Shown: positions 7,077-17,156 of the stretch, piece after piece | Layout: each line of letters opens with the position of its first letter | Numbering within the stretch: position 1 is the stretch's first letter | Source: Patescibacteria group bacterium UBA661 | Lineage (GTDB): Bacteria; Patescibacteriota; Minisyncoccia; Phycocordibacterales; UBA918 | Direction of reading: 5' to 3' | NCBI GenBank assembly: GCA_002299465.1 | Contig: DBNX01000017.1 | Coordinates: 1 to 44,110 of the forward strand | Length of the DNA: 44,110 bases | Made by a program: the position numbers and the translations under genes | The notes under the pieces: generated by a model | Told to the model about the DNA's origin: nothing | Databases searched by the model: none | What the model saw: only the letters and a program-made list of their open reading frames with translations

Positions 7077-8579
7077 CTAAGCCAGTCCCGGAAAGAAATC
7101 TTTTTTGATATTTTTAACGCCTAAATCGCGCAGTAGTTTGGTGTAAGCATCCACCATCATCGGTGGTCCAGAAATATACCAAACTCGCTCGAGATAATCA
7201 GGGGCGTGTTTTTTTATAATCTCGGCCGTCAAAAATCCGTACTCATAAAGTGGGATTTTTTCTTTTGCCAACACCGGAATGATTTTCAGTGGTAGAGTTT
7301 GTGTCGATTTCTCCAGCCAATCTTCATAGGCAATCTCCGAAGCAAAATTGTTACAATAAAACAAAATTGTATCCAACTTTGGCACATCGCTAGACATTTG
7401 CATTTGTTCAATTTGACTAATGAATGGCGTTACGCCTATACCACCAGCAATCATGGCTATTTTCTTGTCAGGAAGTGTTGGTAAAAGAAAGTCTCCAGCT
7501 AGCTGGCTAGCAATAATCTTGTCGCCTATTTTCATTTTCCGTAAAGCTTGCTTGTAAGTACTAGTCCTTTCACCTATCCGCACAGTAAAACTTAGAAGTG
7601 GATTAGCGGGAGCGGAAGAAATAGTTAGATAACGTCGCGAACCACGATTATCCGGTGCCTCGTGGGACAACATCCATTCCAGATATTGTCCGGCCCAAAA
7701 ACGCATCCGAGCTGGTTTGTTAAAAGTAAAGACAAAGGTTTCTTTTGCCACTTCGCGAACGGCTACGAGTGGCAAAATTAGTTTTTGTTTCAAGGTTGAG
7801 GGATAGAATAATAGGTTGCCTAAGACCAAGGCCAGTTCGGGTGTCATCTTTATTCCCACTGTCAAAAAAGCGGTTGTCTGAGAAAAGATAGCGACCACGG
7901 CCGCGTAACCCACCTGCAAACCTTTCCGTGGCGGCATAGTAAATGGTTCGGTAAGCATAAAAAAGGCCAAAAATAGACTCGGTCCAGAAAACCAAAAACG
8001 AACTACGGTCTCGTCTGTGATGGTCCCAAAAAAACGCCAGTCCTCAATCAAATAAACTACAAAAGCTACTGTCAGAAAAGTTAAAATCGGAATTTTTTTT
8101 CTTACCTTAGCAACTACCACCACACCCGCGATGAGTAGCGGTATGAATAATTCTCTTTGCCCAATCCACCACGTTGACTCAAAAAACCCAGGAATTGGCA
8201 ATACTTCGTACAAGAGTGCCAATAAAACCAGACCCATGGCGGCCGGATTAAATAGGTGCTGTTTACGCCAAACAAAAATGTATTTAGAAGCGATTGCTAG
8301 TGCCACCACTGCCGCTAATTGCCAAACTTCGCCCACTGCCGTAAGTTGTGGTGGCAAAATAAGAAAGAAGAGAATTAGCCCAGTGATTAGAGCCGATTCG
8401 TGATTGGCGTCTACGTGCCAAAGCTTGCTAAAAATTAAGTTAAGGAGAAGAGCGGTTGCCACCGCCACGATTAGCGCAATTAATTGCTCGGAAGCTCGGT
8501 ACGGTAGCGCCCCCACTGAGCCCAAGAACAGTGAGCAGCCAACCAGAAACAAAAGCGCTAGCGTGACCGTGCGGTACAT
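7077..8579 (-). CDS. Fusion protein: RnfD/NqrB-like polytopic membrane domain plus a C-terminal FNR-like FAD/NAD(P)H-binding reductase domain
   Basis: The N-terminal half has HESALITGLILFFLILPP, LFNPAAMGLVLL and FFMLTEPFTMPP, which resemble conserved RnfD/NqrB blocks. The C-terminal half has RRYLTISS (FAD site-like), MIAGGIGVTPF (NAD(P)H GGxGxxP) and YISGPPMMV. The start is set at MYRTV (8579) because divergent promoter boxes lie inside the longer ORF (to 8714). Confidence 0.75.
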   Translation of the reverse strand: MYRTVTLALLFLVGCSLFLGSVGALPYRASEQLIALIVAVATALLLNLIFSKLWHVDANHESALITGLILFFLILPPQLTAVGEVWQLAAVVALAIASKYIFVWRKQHLFNPAAMGLVLLALLYEVLPIPGFFESTWWIGQRELFIPLLIAGVVVVAKVRKKIPILTFLTVAFVVYLIEDWRFFGTITDETVVRFWFSGPSLFLAFFMLTEPFTMPPRKGLQVGYAAVVAIFSQTTAFLTVGIKMTPELALVLGNLLFYPSTLKQKLILPLVAVREVAKETFVFTFNKPARMRFWAGQYLEWMLSHEAPDNRGSRRYLTISSAPANPLLSFTVRIGERTSTYKQALRKMKIGDKIIASQLAGDFLLPTLPDKKIAMIAGGIGVTPFISQIEQMQMSSDVPKLDTILFYCNNFASEIAYEDWLEKSTQTLPLKIIPVLAKEKIPLYEYGFLTAEIIKKHAPDYLERVWYISGPPMMVDAYTKLLRDLGVKNIKKDFFPGLA

Positions 8580-8655
8580 ACTGATACCATCAAGTTTGTG
8601 TTGTCCTAGACGCCACCAATGCAAAGCCGAATAAGCAACTTTTTTCACAAGATAA

Positions 8656-8664
8656 ATTCTAACA
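8656..8664 (-). promoter_or_regulatory. Extended -10 TGtTAGAAT for the RnfD-FNR fusion gene
   Basis: The reverse complement of 8656-8664 reads TGTTAGAAT, about 75 nt upstream of ATG 8579. Confidence 0.4.
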
Positions 8665-8672
8665 CAAAACAC

Positions 8673-8700
8673 TTGAGTACTTTTATAAGTAAAGTATAAT
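8673..8700 (+). promoter_or_regulatory. Candidate promoter TTGAGT-16-TATAAT for the FMN_bind-like/apbE unit
   Basis: -35 8673-8678 and -10 8695-8700; ATG at 8731. Confidence 0.45.
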
Positions 8701-8730
8701 AGCCAAATAATCACTTAATTAAATATCAGT

Positions 8731-9219
8731 ATGCCAATTGTCGTTGTTATTTTGGGGGTAATTATCATCATTATGGGAGTCGCTTTTTTCTTGATTCCAA
8801 GACCAGCTGATGAAGCGGCCTTACCGCCACCAGTTGCCACCGAAGAAAACAATCGTACGGAAACTATGGAAATAGCTGAGGAGCAAACGGTAGAAACTGA
8901 ACCTCTGCCAAGTATAACCCCAGGCACAATTACTCTTCAGGAAAATGTAACTTATTTAACTCCGGCTCGAACTGAACACCAGCTAGCCGTCACTATGACT
9001 GTCGATAACAATAATATAGTGACTGATGTGAACGTTGTCTACGATGAAACCAATGGTTTTTCTAATGGTCACCAAGAGCGTTTTGATGGTCTTTACAAGG
9101 CCGAAGTAATTGGTAAGCCACTATCAGAAATCTCGCTCTCTCGAGTCGGCGGCGCCTCACTCACCACCGATGCCTTCAATGAAGCCGTGCGCAATATGCT
9201 TGAGCCCCAAGTCAACTAA
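8731..9219 (+). CDS. Membrane-anchored FMN_bind-like (NqrC/RnfG-like) domain protein, putative flavinylation substrate
   Basis: N-terminal TM helix (IVVVILGVIIIIMGVAFFLI) and an acidic/Pro linker. The C-terminal domain has the layout ...VTMTVDNNNIVTDVNVVYDETNGFS...VIGKPLSEISLSRVGGASLTTDAFNEAV. This parallels FMN_bind domains, which end in a [ST]GA[ST] flavin-attachment motif; here it reads GGAS. Confidence 0.6.
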   Translation: MPIVVVILGVIIIIMGVAFFLIPRPADEAALPPPVATEENNRTETMEIAEEQTVETEPLPSITPGTITLQENVTYLTPARTEHQLAVTMTVDNNNIVTDVNVVYDETNGFSNGHQERFDGLYKAEVIGKPLSEISLSRVGGASLTTDAFNEAVRNMLEPQVN

Positions 9220-9226
9220 AAACTCA

Positions 9227-10123
9227 ATGTCGATAGTTCTACCGCCTCTCTCCGCTTTGGGTACTGTCTGGTACGTAGAATTGTTTGATAGTCTCAATCA
9301 AGAAAAGGCGGACGAGACCTCTGGTCTCGTCCGCCTTTTTCTTACCGACTTTGAAGAAAAATACTCTCGCTTCAAACCCCACTCCCTCATCTCCACCCTA
9401 AACAACACCGGCGCCTTAATTAATCCTGACCAAACAACCATTGCCCTGCTCACTCTCGCTCAAAAATTTTACCGCGACACTGGAGGCATCTTTAACCCGC
9501 TCATCGGTGAACACTTACTAGCCCGTGGCTATGATACAAACTACAGCTTTACCCCAAAAACTGAACCGTCAGATTTTCCTTCACCCCTAACCGCCCTCTC
9601 TATTAGTCGAGAAAGTATCAAGCTCACAGCTGGTCAAATTGATTTGGGTGGTTACGGCAAAGGCTGGCTCATTGACCAACTTTCTTTGTTCCTAAGAGAC
9701 CGAGGTTTTCAATATTTTCTTATCAACGGCGGTGGTGATATGTATGCGACCAGTAATTATGATGAACCGATCCCCATCTACCTAGAACATCCCACCTTAC
9801 CCAATACTTACATTGCAGAAACCACACTCAAAAATCAAGGATTTGCTGCCTCAAGTACAGAAAAACGGCGCTGGCAAGTCGCTGGTAAAAAATACTCGCA
9901 CATTGTCGATACCACCAACCCAACCAAAAACTCCTCCGACCTAAATAACGATACCTTTGGCATTTATGTAAAAGCCCCGCTGGCTGTCACCGCTGATGCC
10001 TGGTCAACCACTCTCCTTATTTCAAAACCGGAAACACACCAAGCATTGCTTACCCAAGAGCAAGTAACGCACGCTACCTTTAATGTCCAAAGTGGGACTC
10101 TGATTTCCAGTCCTAATTTCTAA
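9227..10123 (+). CDS. apbE: ApbE-family FAD:protein FMN transferase
   Basis: ApbE blocks IDLGGYGKGWLIDQ, INGGGDMYA, YSHIVDTTNP and ADAWSTTLLI. The start is set at ATG 9227, giving no overlap with the upstream gene. The mature-domain-like LGT motif begins at residue 11, so no signal peptide or lipobox is visible. Confidence 0.85.
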   Translation: MSIVLPPLSALGTVWYVELFDSLNQEKADETSGLVRLFLTDFEEKYSRFKPHSLISTLNNTGALINPDQTTIALLTLAQKFYRDTGGIFNPLIGEHLLARGYDTNYSFTPKTEPSDFPSPLTALSISRESIKLTAGQIDLGGYGKGWLIDQLSLFLRDRGFQYFLINGGGDMYATSNYDEPIPIYLEHPTLPNTYIAETTLKNQGFAASSTEKRRWQVAGKKYSHIVDTTNPTKNSSDLNNDTFGIYVKAPLAVTADAWSTTLLISKPETHQALLTQEQVTHATFNVQSGTLISSPNF

Positions 10124-10141
10124 CACCCCTCACCAATAATC

Positions 10142-10387
10142 TTACAACAAAATCGTTACTTGATTCTGACTAACTTCCAACGTACCTGAAGTCAAAGAAA
10201 ATTTTTCACTAGACCCATCTTCTTTACGCACAGTAATTACTCCCCCCTTAAGGGCAGTCATCAGCGGTGCGTGATTGGCTAAAATTGTCATCTCGCCTTC
10301 GCTCCCCGGCACCGTTACCGAAATTACCGATCCAGCAAAAACGGGTGAATCGACACGAGCAATTGTAAGTTGTAACTGTTTAGACAT
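10142..10387 (-). CDS. atpC: F1 ATP synthase epsilon subunit, beta-sandwich domain only (81 aa)
   Basis: Last gene of the atp operon. LTIARVDSPVFAGSVISVTVPGSEGEMTILANHAPLMTALKGG is typical of the epsilon N-terminal domain. The C-terminal two-helix domain is absent. Confidence 0.85.
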   Translation of the reverse strand: MSKQLQLTIARVDSPVFAGSVISVTVPGSEGEMTILANHAPLMTALKGGVITVRKEDGSSEKFSLTSGTLEVSQNQVTILL

Positions 10388-10395
10388 AAATTTTT

Positions 10396-10725
10396 TTATT
10401 TCTCTTCTAGCTGGGCGGCTTTTCTGGCAAAAAGTACAATTTTATTTCCCCCGATGTATTTGCCATTAACTTCAATCCGACAAGCATTACCAAACAAATG
10501 CCAAGCCGAACCGAGAGTAACTTTAATCATATCGTCACCATAAGGAAAAGTAAAAACTGAACCCATGGCCCGAGACGCTGCCACGTCCGTCATATTGTAG
10601 ATGTTCTCCAACATAACCTCGTCATTGATCGTAATTTTTTCAAGAGAATCACCCGACCAGCTCCAACCGTTCTCTACGGTAATCTGATTATTGTCCCAAT
10701 TTGCTTGCCAGGTTTTTACGTTCAT
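10396..10725 (-). CDS. Hypothetical 109-aa protein encoded between atpD and atpC
   Basis: It is the only long ORF in the gap, with exactly 8-nt spacers to the atpD stop and the atpC start. It is Trp/Gly/Asn-rich and looks beta-rich. I recognise no family. Confidence 0.6.
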   Translation of the reverse strand: MNVKTWQANWDNNQITVENGWSWSGDSLEKITINDEVMLENIYNMTDVAASRAMGSVFTFPYGDDMIKVTLGSAWHLFGNACRIEVNGKYIGGNKIVLFARKAAQLEEK

Positions 10726-10733
10726 AATTAGAT

Positions 10734-12161
<1,428 letters not shown>

Positions 12162-12194
12162 TCACTCTGTGCTCGTACTCTGTGCTTGGTACCG

Positions 12195-12230
12195 CCGAGT
12201 GATAAAGGTCTCTTCCCTTATCACTCGGCA
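12195..12230 (-). other. Intra-operon stem-loop between atpG and atpD (12-bp stem, 12-nt loop)
   Basis: GCCGAGTGATAA ... TTATCACTCGGC. No T-run follows it on the transcribed strand, so it is not a canonical terminator. Confidence 0.5.
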
Positions 12231-12244
12231 CTAACCCGACGTCT

Positions 12245-13150
12245 CTACCGCATCGCCTCGGCGCCAGCGGTGATTTCAGATATTTCGGCTGTAATTTTGG
12301 CTTGACGAGCTTTATTGAATTTAATGGTCAGAGACTTTACCACTTCTTTGCTTTTATCAGTAGCATTCTTCATCGCCACCATTCGCGCGGAATGTTCTGA
12401 CGCCTTACTTTCAAGCAGGGCGTAAAAAATAATAATTTGCACCAACTGCGGTATCAGTACATCAAAAACTGTCTTGGCATTAGGTTCAATCGTATGGTCA
12501 ATAACTTCATCTGGTAACACGACATCATCACTAAACTTACCAGTCTTGGGACGAATACCGCGCATAATGTAATGTACTTCCGCTGGATCAAGCGGCAGCG
12601 CCTGTCGTAGGGTTGGCTCTTGCTCAAAAGTGGAAAGGAAGTTTTGGTAAACAACTTCAACTTTGGCGTAAGTAGCATCTGCAGCGAAGGCGGTAATAAC
12701 TTTATCCGCAATTTCATAAGCATCAGCCACCGTCACATCATCGCCAACATTTGTGTAATGTCCCAGTAAAGTGATGTTCTCTCGATGAGCAAACTCTACC
12801 GCTTTGCGACCAATCGCCACCATAGCAAACTCAACCTTTGCCGCCTTAAGCTCCTCCACTTTTTTAAGTACGGCACTATTAACACTTCCTGCCAAACCCT
12901 TATCGCTAGTCACTACCACCAAGAGACGCTTGCCTGTCTCGCGTTTACTTGCTAACGGGTGGGTTGTCAAGGCCTCAGATTGTGCCACTCGCGTCAATAT
13001 TTTCATCGCCGCGTGAACATAGGGTCGGCTCTGGAAAGCTCTTTCCTGACTTTTGCGCATTTTCACTGCCGACACTGACTCCATTGCCTTGGTGACTTTA
13101 CCAGTTTTTTTGGTGGCAGTTATTTTATTTTTGATTTGCTTGAGAGCCAT
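12245..13150 (-). CDS. atpG: F1 ATP synthase gamma subunit
   Basis: N-terminal IKNKI.ATKKTGKVTKAMESVSAVKMRK and C-terminal NKARQAKITAEISEI are hallmark gamma helices. Confidence 0.93.
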   Translation of the reverse strand: MALKQIKNKITATKKTGKVTKAMESVSAVKMRKSQERAFQSRPYVHAAMKILTRVAQSEALTTHPLASKRETGKRLLVVVTSDKGLAGSVNSAVLKKVEELKAAKVEFAMVAIGRKAVEFAHRENITLLGHYTNVGDDVTVADAYEIADKVITAFAADATYAKVEVVYQNFLSTFEQEPTLRQALPLDPAEVHYIMRGIRPKTGKFSDDVVLPDEVIDHTIEPNAKTVFDVLIPQLVQIIIFYALLESKASEHSARMVAMKNATDKSKEVVKSLTIKFNKARQAKITAEISEITAGAEAMR

Positions 13151-13174
13151 GCAATTATGCTACTAACTGGTAAT

Positions 13175-14743
13175 TTAGAATTGATTATAGTATTGCTTGT
13201 GAGCTTCTTTGAAGTCGGCAATCGCCACGTTTAGCTGACCGCTAGTGTCTTCCGTCAAATCTCGACCAGTCTCAATGGTGGTTAGAATCTCTGGTCGATC
13301 GCGTTCGAGAAAAGCCAGGAAGGACTCCTCAATCAACCGCACGTTGTTGGCTTCCGCTCCTGCCAACAAACCGTTATTAGCACCATAGATTGATGCAACT
13401 TGTTTGTAAAAAGGCATCGGATTACCTTGGGCTTGTTTAAGTAACTCAACATACCGCCGACCACTTTCAATTCTTTTTTTGGTGTCTTCATCTAGGTCTG
13501 AAGCAAACTGCATAAACGCTTCCAGTTCACGAAACTGCGCCAACTCTAGCCGGATTTTGCCAGAAACTTTTTTCATCGCTTTAGTCTGGGCTGAAGAACC
13601 CACGCGCGAAACAGAAATACCAACATTTAAAGCTGGGCGAATTCCCTTGTTAAACAAATCTGTCTCGAGAAAGATTTGACCATCAGTAATTGAAATAACG
13701 TTGGTAGGAATATAAGCGGCCACGTCACCTTCCTGGGTCTCGATAATCGGCAGAGCCGTAATTGAACCGCCGCCTAGTTCTTTGGAAAGTTTTGCGGAAC
13801 GTTCCAGAAGACGTGAGTGTAGGTAAAAAATATCACCCGGATACGCTTCTCGTCCCGGTGGACGACGAAGCAAAAGTGACATTTGGCGATAAGCCACGGC
13901 GTGCTTGGAAAGATCATCAAACACCACCAGCACGTCTTTGCCTTGCTCCATAAAATATTCACCAATCGCCACTCCAGAGAAAGGAGCCAAGAAAAGCATT
14001 GGTGACGCCTCAGCGGCCGAAGCAGCAACAATAACCGTATACTCAAGTGCTCCCGCCGCTTCGAGCTTGGCCATAATGCTGGCGGTCTTAGAACGCTTTT
14101 GTCCAATAGCGACATAAATACAAATTGGGCGCTTGTCTTTTGGTTCGTACTTTTGATTGATGATGGTGTCAATCGCAATTGTCGTTTTGCCAGTACCACG
14201 ATCACCAATGATGAGCTCTCTCTGTCCTCGACCAATTGGAATCATCGAATCAATCGCCTTCACACCGGTGTGAATCGGCTCATTTACAGACGAGCGGTCC
14301 ATTACGCCGTAAGCCACTCGTTCAATCGGCATATTCTTTTTTGCCGTGATTGTCCCCTTGCCATCAATGGCTTCACCGAGCGCATTAACGACTCGCCCGA
14401 CAATCTCCTCGCCCACCGGAACCGACAGTAGCTTCCCGGTCCGCCGTACCACCATCCCCTCCTTGACGAGACTGCTTTCCCCCAACACCACCACTTTTAC
14501 CGTATCTTCCTCCAGATTGAGTACAAGCCCAAAGAGAACTACGCTACGCTTCATGGCGGTTTCCAGTGATTCTCCTCCACTGGTCTCAAACAGCACCATT
14601 TCCATCATCTGGGCTTTTTCCAGACCTTCAATTTCAGCCACACCATCACCCACCGAAACTACTACCCCCACCTCTTCTGGTTTGGCAGTTACGTTAAGTG
14701 ACTCAATCTCTTTTTTAATACGGTCAATAATTACAGTACTCAT
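13175..14743 (-). CDS. atpA: F1 ATP synthase alpha subunit
   Basis: Walker [10 protein letters not shown], with conserved alpha-subunit blocks throughout. Confidence 0.97.
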   Translation of the reverse strand: MSTVIIDRIKKEIESLNVTAKPEEVGVVVSVGDGVAEIEGLEKAQMMEMVLFETSGGESLETAMKRSVVLFGLVLNLEEDTVKVVVLGESSLVKEGMVVRRTGKLLSVPVGEEIVGRVVNALGEAIDGKGTITAKKNMPIERVAYGVMDRSSVNEPIHTGVKAIDSMIPIGRGQRELIIGDRGTGKTTIAIDTIINQKYEPKDKRPICIYVAIGQKRSKTASIMAKLEAAGALEYTVIVAASAAEASPMLFLAPFSGVAIGEYFMEQGKDVLVVFDDLSKHAVAYRQMSLLLRRPPGREAYPGDIFYLHSRLLERSAKLSKELGGGSITALPIIETQEGDVAAYIPTNVISITDGQIFLETDLFNKGIRPALNVGISVSRVGSSAQTKAMKKVSGKIRLELAQFRELEAFMQFASDLDEDTKKRIESGRRYVELLKQAQGNPMPFYKQVASIYGANNGLLAGAEANNVRLIEESFLAFLERDRPEILTTIETGRDLTEDTSGQLNVAIADFKEAHKQYYNQF

Positions 14744-14788
14744 AAATTTTTTGCGTAATTAATAATTTTAAGTGGATAGGGTTTTGGT

Positions 14789-15172
14789 TTACTTGGTAAT
14801 CTTCTCGTAAAGGTTGATTAGAGTCCGTTTATAACTCTTGTCGATAAGCTGACCCCGCACTCGCAATGAAAAGCCGCCGCCAAGAGTTTTATCAATTTTA
14901 ACAAGATACGACTCGTCAGTAGCCCCCAGGAGAGTCAGAGCTTCCTTGATAGCAACGTCTAAGTGCTTATGGTCAGCATCGGCAACTACGACTTGAGGCG
15001 AGGTCCTTTCTAGTTTATTAACTAACTCGCGCTTGGCTGTCTTTAGTATCTGCGACCACAAACGCGAGTGTCCCCGACTTTGCAAAAGCATCTTTAAATT
15101 AGCTAGAGCTGTTTCAGGGCTAACTCCAGCTAAGATATTTTCTACTAAGGCAGTTGCGTAAACGTTTTTCAT
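14789..15172 (-). CDS. atpH: F1 ATP synthase delta (OSCP) subunit, short form (127 aa)
   Basis: Called from its position between atpF and atpA and the C-terminal block KIDKTLGGGFSLRVRGQLIDKSYKRTL, typical of delta. Confidence 0.75.
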   Translation of the reverse strand: MKNVYATALVENILAGVSPETALANLKMLLQSRGHSRLWSQILKTAKRELVNKLERTSPQVVVADADHKHLDVAIKEALTLLGATDESYLVKIDKTLGGGFSLRVRGQLIDKSYKRTLINLYEKITK

Positions 15173-15181
15173 ATAACTAGC

Positions 15182-15634
15182 TTAACCATTAGCTCGTTCG
15201 CGCAAGATTTTTTCAGCGGCTAAAATCGCCAGCTGGGCCACTTCTCTCTCACTTTCTTTCAGGGCTTGTTCCTTAAGAACGGCACTTTTTAGCTCGGCGT
15301 TTTTTACCAATTCGGCTGCCTTAACCTCCGCTAAAGCCAGCATTTCAGCCGTCTTTGCGTCAGCGGCAGCTTTGGCTCTTCCCGCCACCGCCTCGGCTTC
15401 CTGATGAGCAGCGGTTAGTACATTCTGCTTTTCTAGGGCAGCATTAGCTTTGAAACTTTTTGCTTCCTCCGCATCTTTAAGTCCTTGCGCGATTTTTTCT
15501 TCCCGCTCGTTAAGCAGTTTAAGGATTGGTCGATACAGCAAATACCCTAAAGCCAACACCAGGATGGTGAAGTTTATAAGCTGGATAGCAATGAGACGCC
15601 GGTCGATGCCAAAAGCATTGATAATGTCTTCCAT
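15182..15634 (-). CDS. atpF: Fo ATP synthase b subunit
   Basis: Single N-terminal TM helix followed by a long Ala/Glu/Lys-rich coiled coil, in the expected operon position. Confidence 0.85.
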   Translation of the reverse strand: MEDIINAFGIDRRLIAIQLINFTILVLALGYLLYRPILKLLNEREEKIAQGLKDAEEAKSFKANAALEKQNVLTAAHQEAEAVAGRAKAAADAKTAEMLALAEVKAAELVKNAELKSAVLKEQALKESEREVAQLAILAAEKILRERANG

Positions 15635-15726
15635 AAGTGAGGTTTAATTTAAATGATTTTTGCCAAGAGACTAATTCTGAAATAAGTGAGATTCACCGAT
15701 CGCGGAACGGTACTGACATCAACCAT

Positions 15727-16011
<285 letters not shown>

Positions 16012-16093
16012 TTATAATTTTTAATTCCTACTGGACAAGTTACGAGTCACGCCCATTGTTGTTTTTAACGGGACTCGTGATTATCCACTAGCA

Positions 16094-16864
16094 CTAATGC
16101 GGTTCTGCCACCGCGAGTTTAATGAAGAACAAAGTTAAAATTGCAAAAATAGAAGCCTGAATCAGACCAACAAAAACCTCAAAAGCTATTATTGGCACCG
16201 GCACAACATACGGGATAAAGAAAACAATTACCACCAAAAGCGTCTTGCCGGCAAAGATATTACCAAAAAGACGGAAGGAAAAGGAGATTAGACGCGCTAG
16301 TTCGGAAATAAGCTCAATAATACCAATAATAAAAGCTAGCGGTGAGGAAAAATTAATAAACTTACCAGCATATTTAAAGATTCCTAGAGTTACAAAACCA
16401 GCGGTTTGAACAGTCAGGAAAGCGACAATCGCAAAAGCAATTGTGATGTTGAGGTCGGTATTGGCTGGATATAACAATGGCTTAAGACCACCTTCGTACA
16501 ACAACCCGATGGCCGCCACCCCCGGCAACAACCCTGCCCAGTTGAGGGCCAACACAAAAATAAATATCGTCATCACGATCGGAAAATATTTAAGAGCCAA
16601 CTGACGACTCTCCAAAACTTCAGCCATGTAGTTGTAGACACCACCCACCAGCACTTCGGTGGCACTCTGTAATTTACCCGGCACTAATGCTAGTCGTTGT
16701 TTTATAAGAAAAGCCAAGCTGATTATCAAAATCATTGTCAACCAAGTCGTCAATAATGTAGCGGTGATTGGCACACCGAAGAATTCACCAAGCACATAAG
16801 GTCTTAATGAGACTTGAATCCCGGCTTCTTGAGCGGCGTAGACGGTCGGAATGAGTGAAAACAT
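16094..16864 (-). CDS. atpB: Fo ATP synthase a subunit
   Basis: Conserved stator Arg block SFSFRLFGNIFAG; first gene of the operon. Confidence 0.92.
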   Translation of the reverse strand: MFSLIPTVYAAQEAGIQVSLRPYVLGEFFGVPITATLLTTWLTMILIISLAFLIKQRLALVPGKLQSATEVLVGGVYNYMAEVLESRQLALKYFPIVMTIFIFVLALNWAGLLPGVAAIGLLYEGGLKPLLYPANTDLNITIAFAIVAFLTVQTAGFVTLGIFKYAGKFINFSSPLAFIIGIIELISELARLISFSFRLFGNIFAGKTLLVVIVFFIPYVVPVPIIAFEVFVGLIQASIFAILTLFFIKLAVAEPH

Positions 16865-16902
16865 GAAAAACTACAAACCACCAGCCGGCGATTTGCGCGG
16901 GT

Positions 16903-16911
16903 ATTTTACCA
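16903..16911 (-). promoter_or_regulatory. Extended -10 TGgTAAAAT, candidate atp operon promoter (38-nt leader)
   Basis: The reverse complement of 16903-16911 reads TGGTAAAAT. Confidence 0.4.
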
Positions 16912-17109
16912 CAAACACCCTTAAAAACCAAACTGGTTTTGCGGATTAACTTACACAAAACCTTAATTGTAAACAGTAAACCGGATTTTCTGCAAAATTT
17001 TGTCTGACCTTACTTGCCTACGATCCTAAAATCTGAAGAAATCTTGTTTCAAATCGCAAACATCATACTCAAAAAATGTGTTTTACCTGATTGTTTGTGT
17101 AGTAAAAAA

Positions 17110-17118
17110 TGTTATATT
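17110..17118 (+). promoter_or_regulatory. Extended -10 TGtTATATT for the 17157 ORF
   Basis: TGTTATATT, with a 38-nt leader that contains an AGGAG Shine-Dalgarno. Confidence 0.4.
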
Positions 17119-17156
17119 TGAGGTTCATTTCTTACCAGAACTTAAAGGAGATAGCG

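Noticed and set aside
8580-8714. 45-aa N-terminal extension of the RnfD-FNR fusion ORF.
   Set aside because: With it, only 16 nt would remain for two divergent promoters. Good promoter-like boxes for both directions lie inside it. The start remains uncertain.
9110-9226. 39-aa N-terminal extension of apbE overlapping the upstream gene.
   Set aside because: It overlaps the end of the 8731-9219 gene by 110 nt and is neither hydrophobic nor ApbE-like. The ATG at 9227 follows the upstream stop directly.
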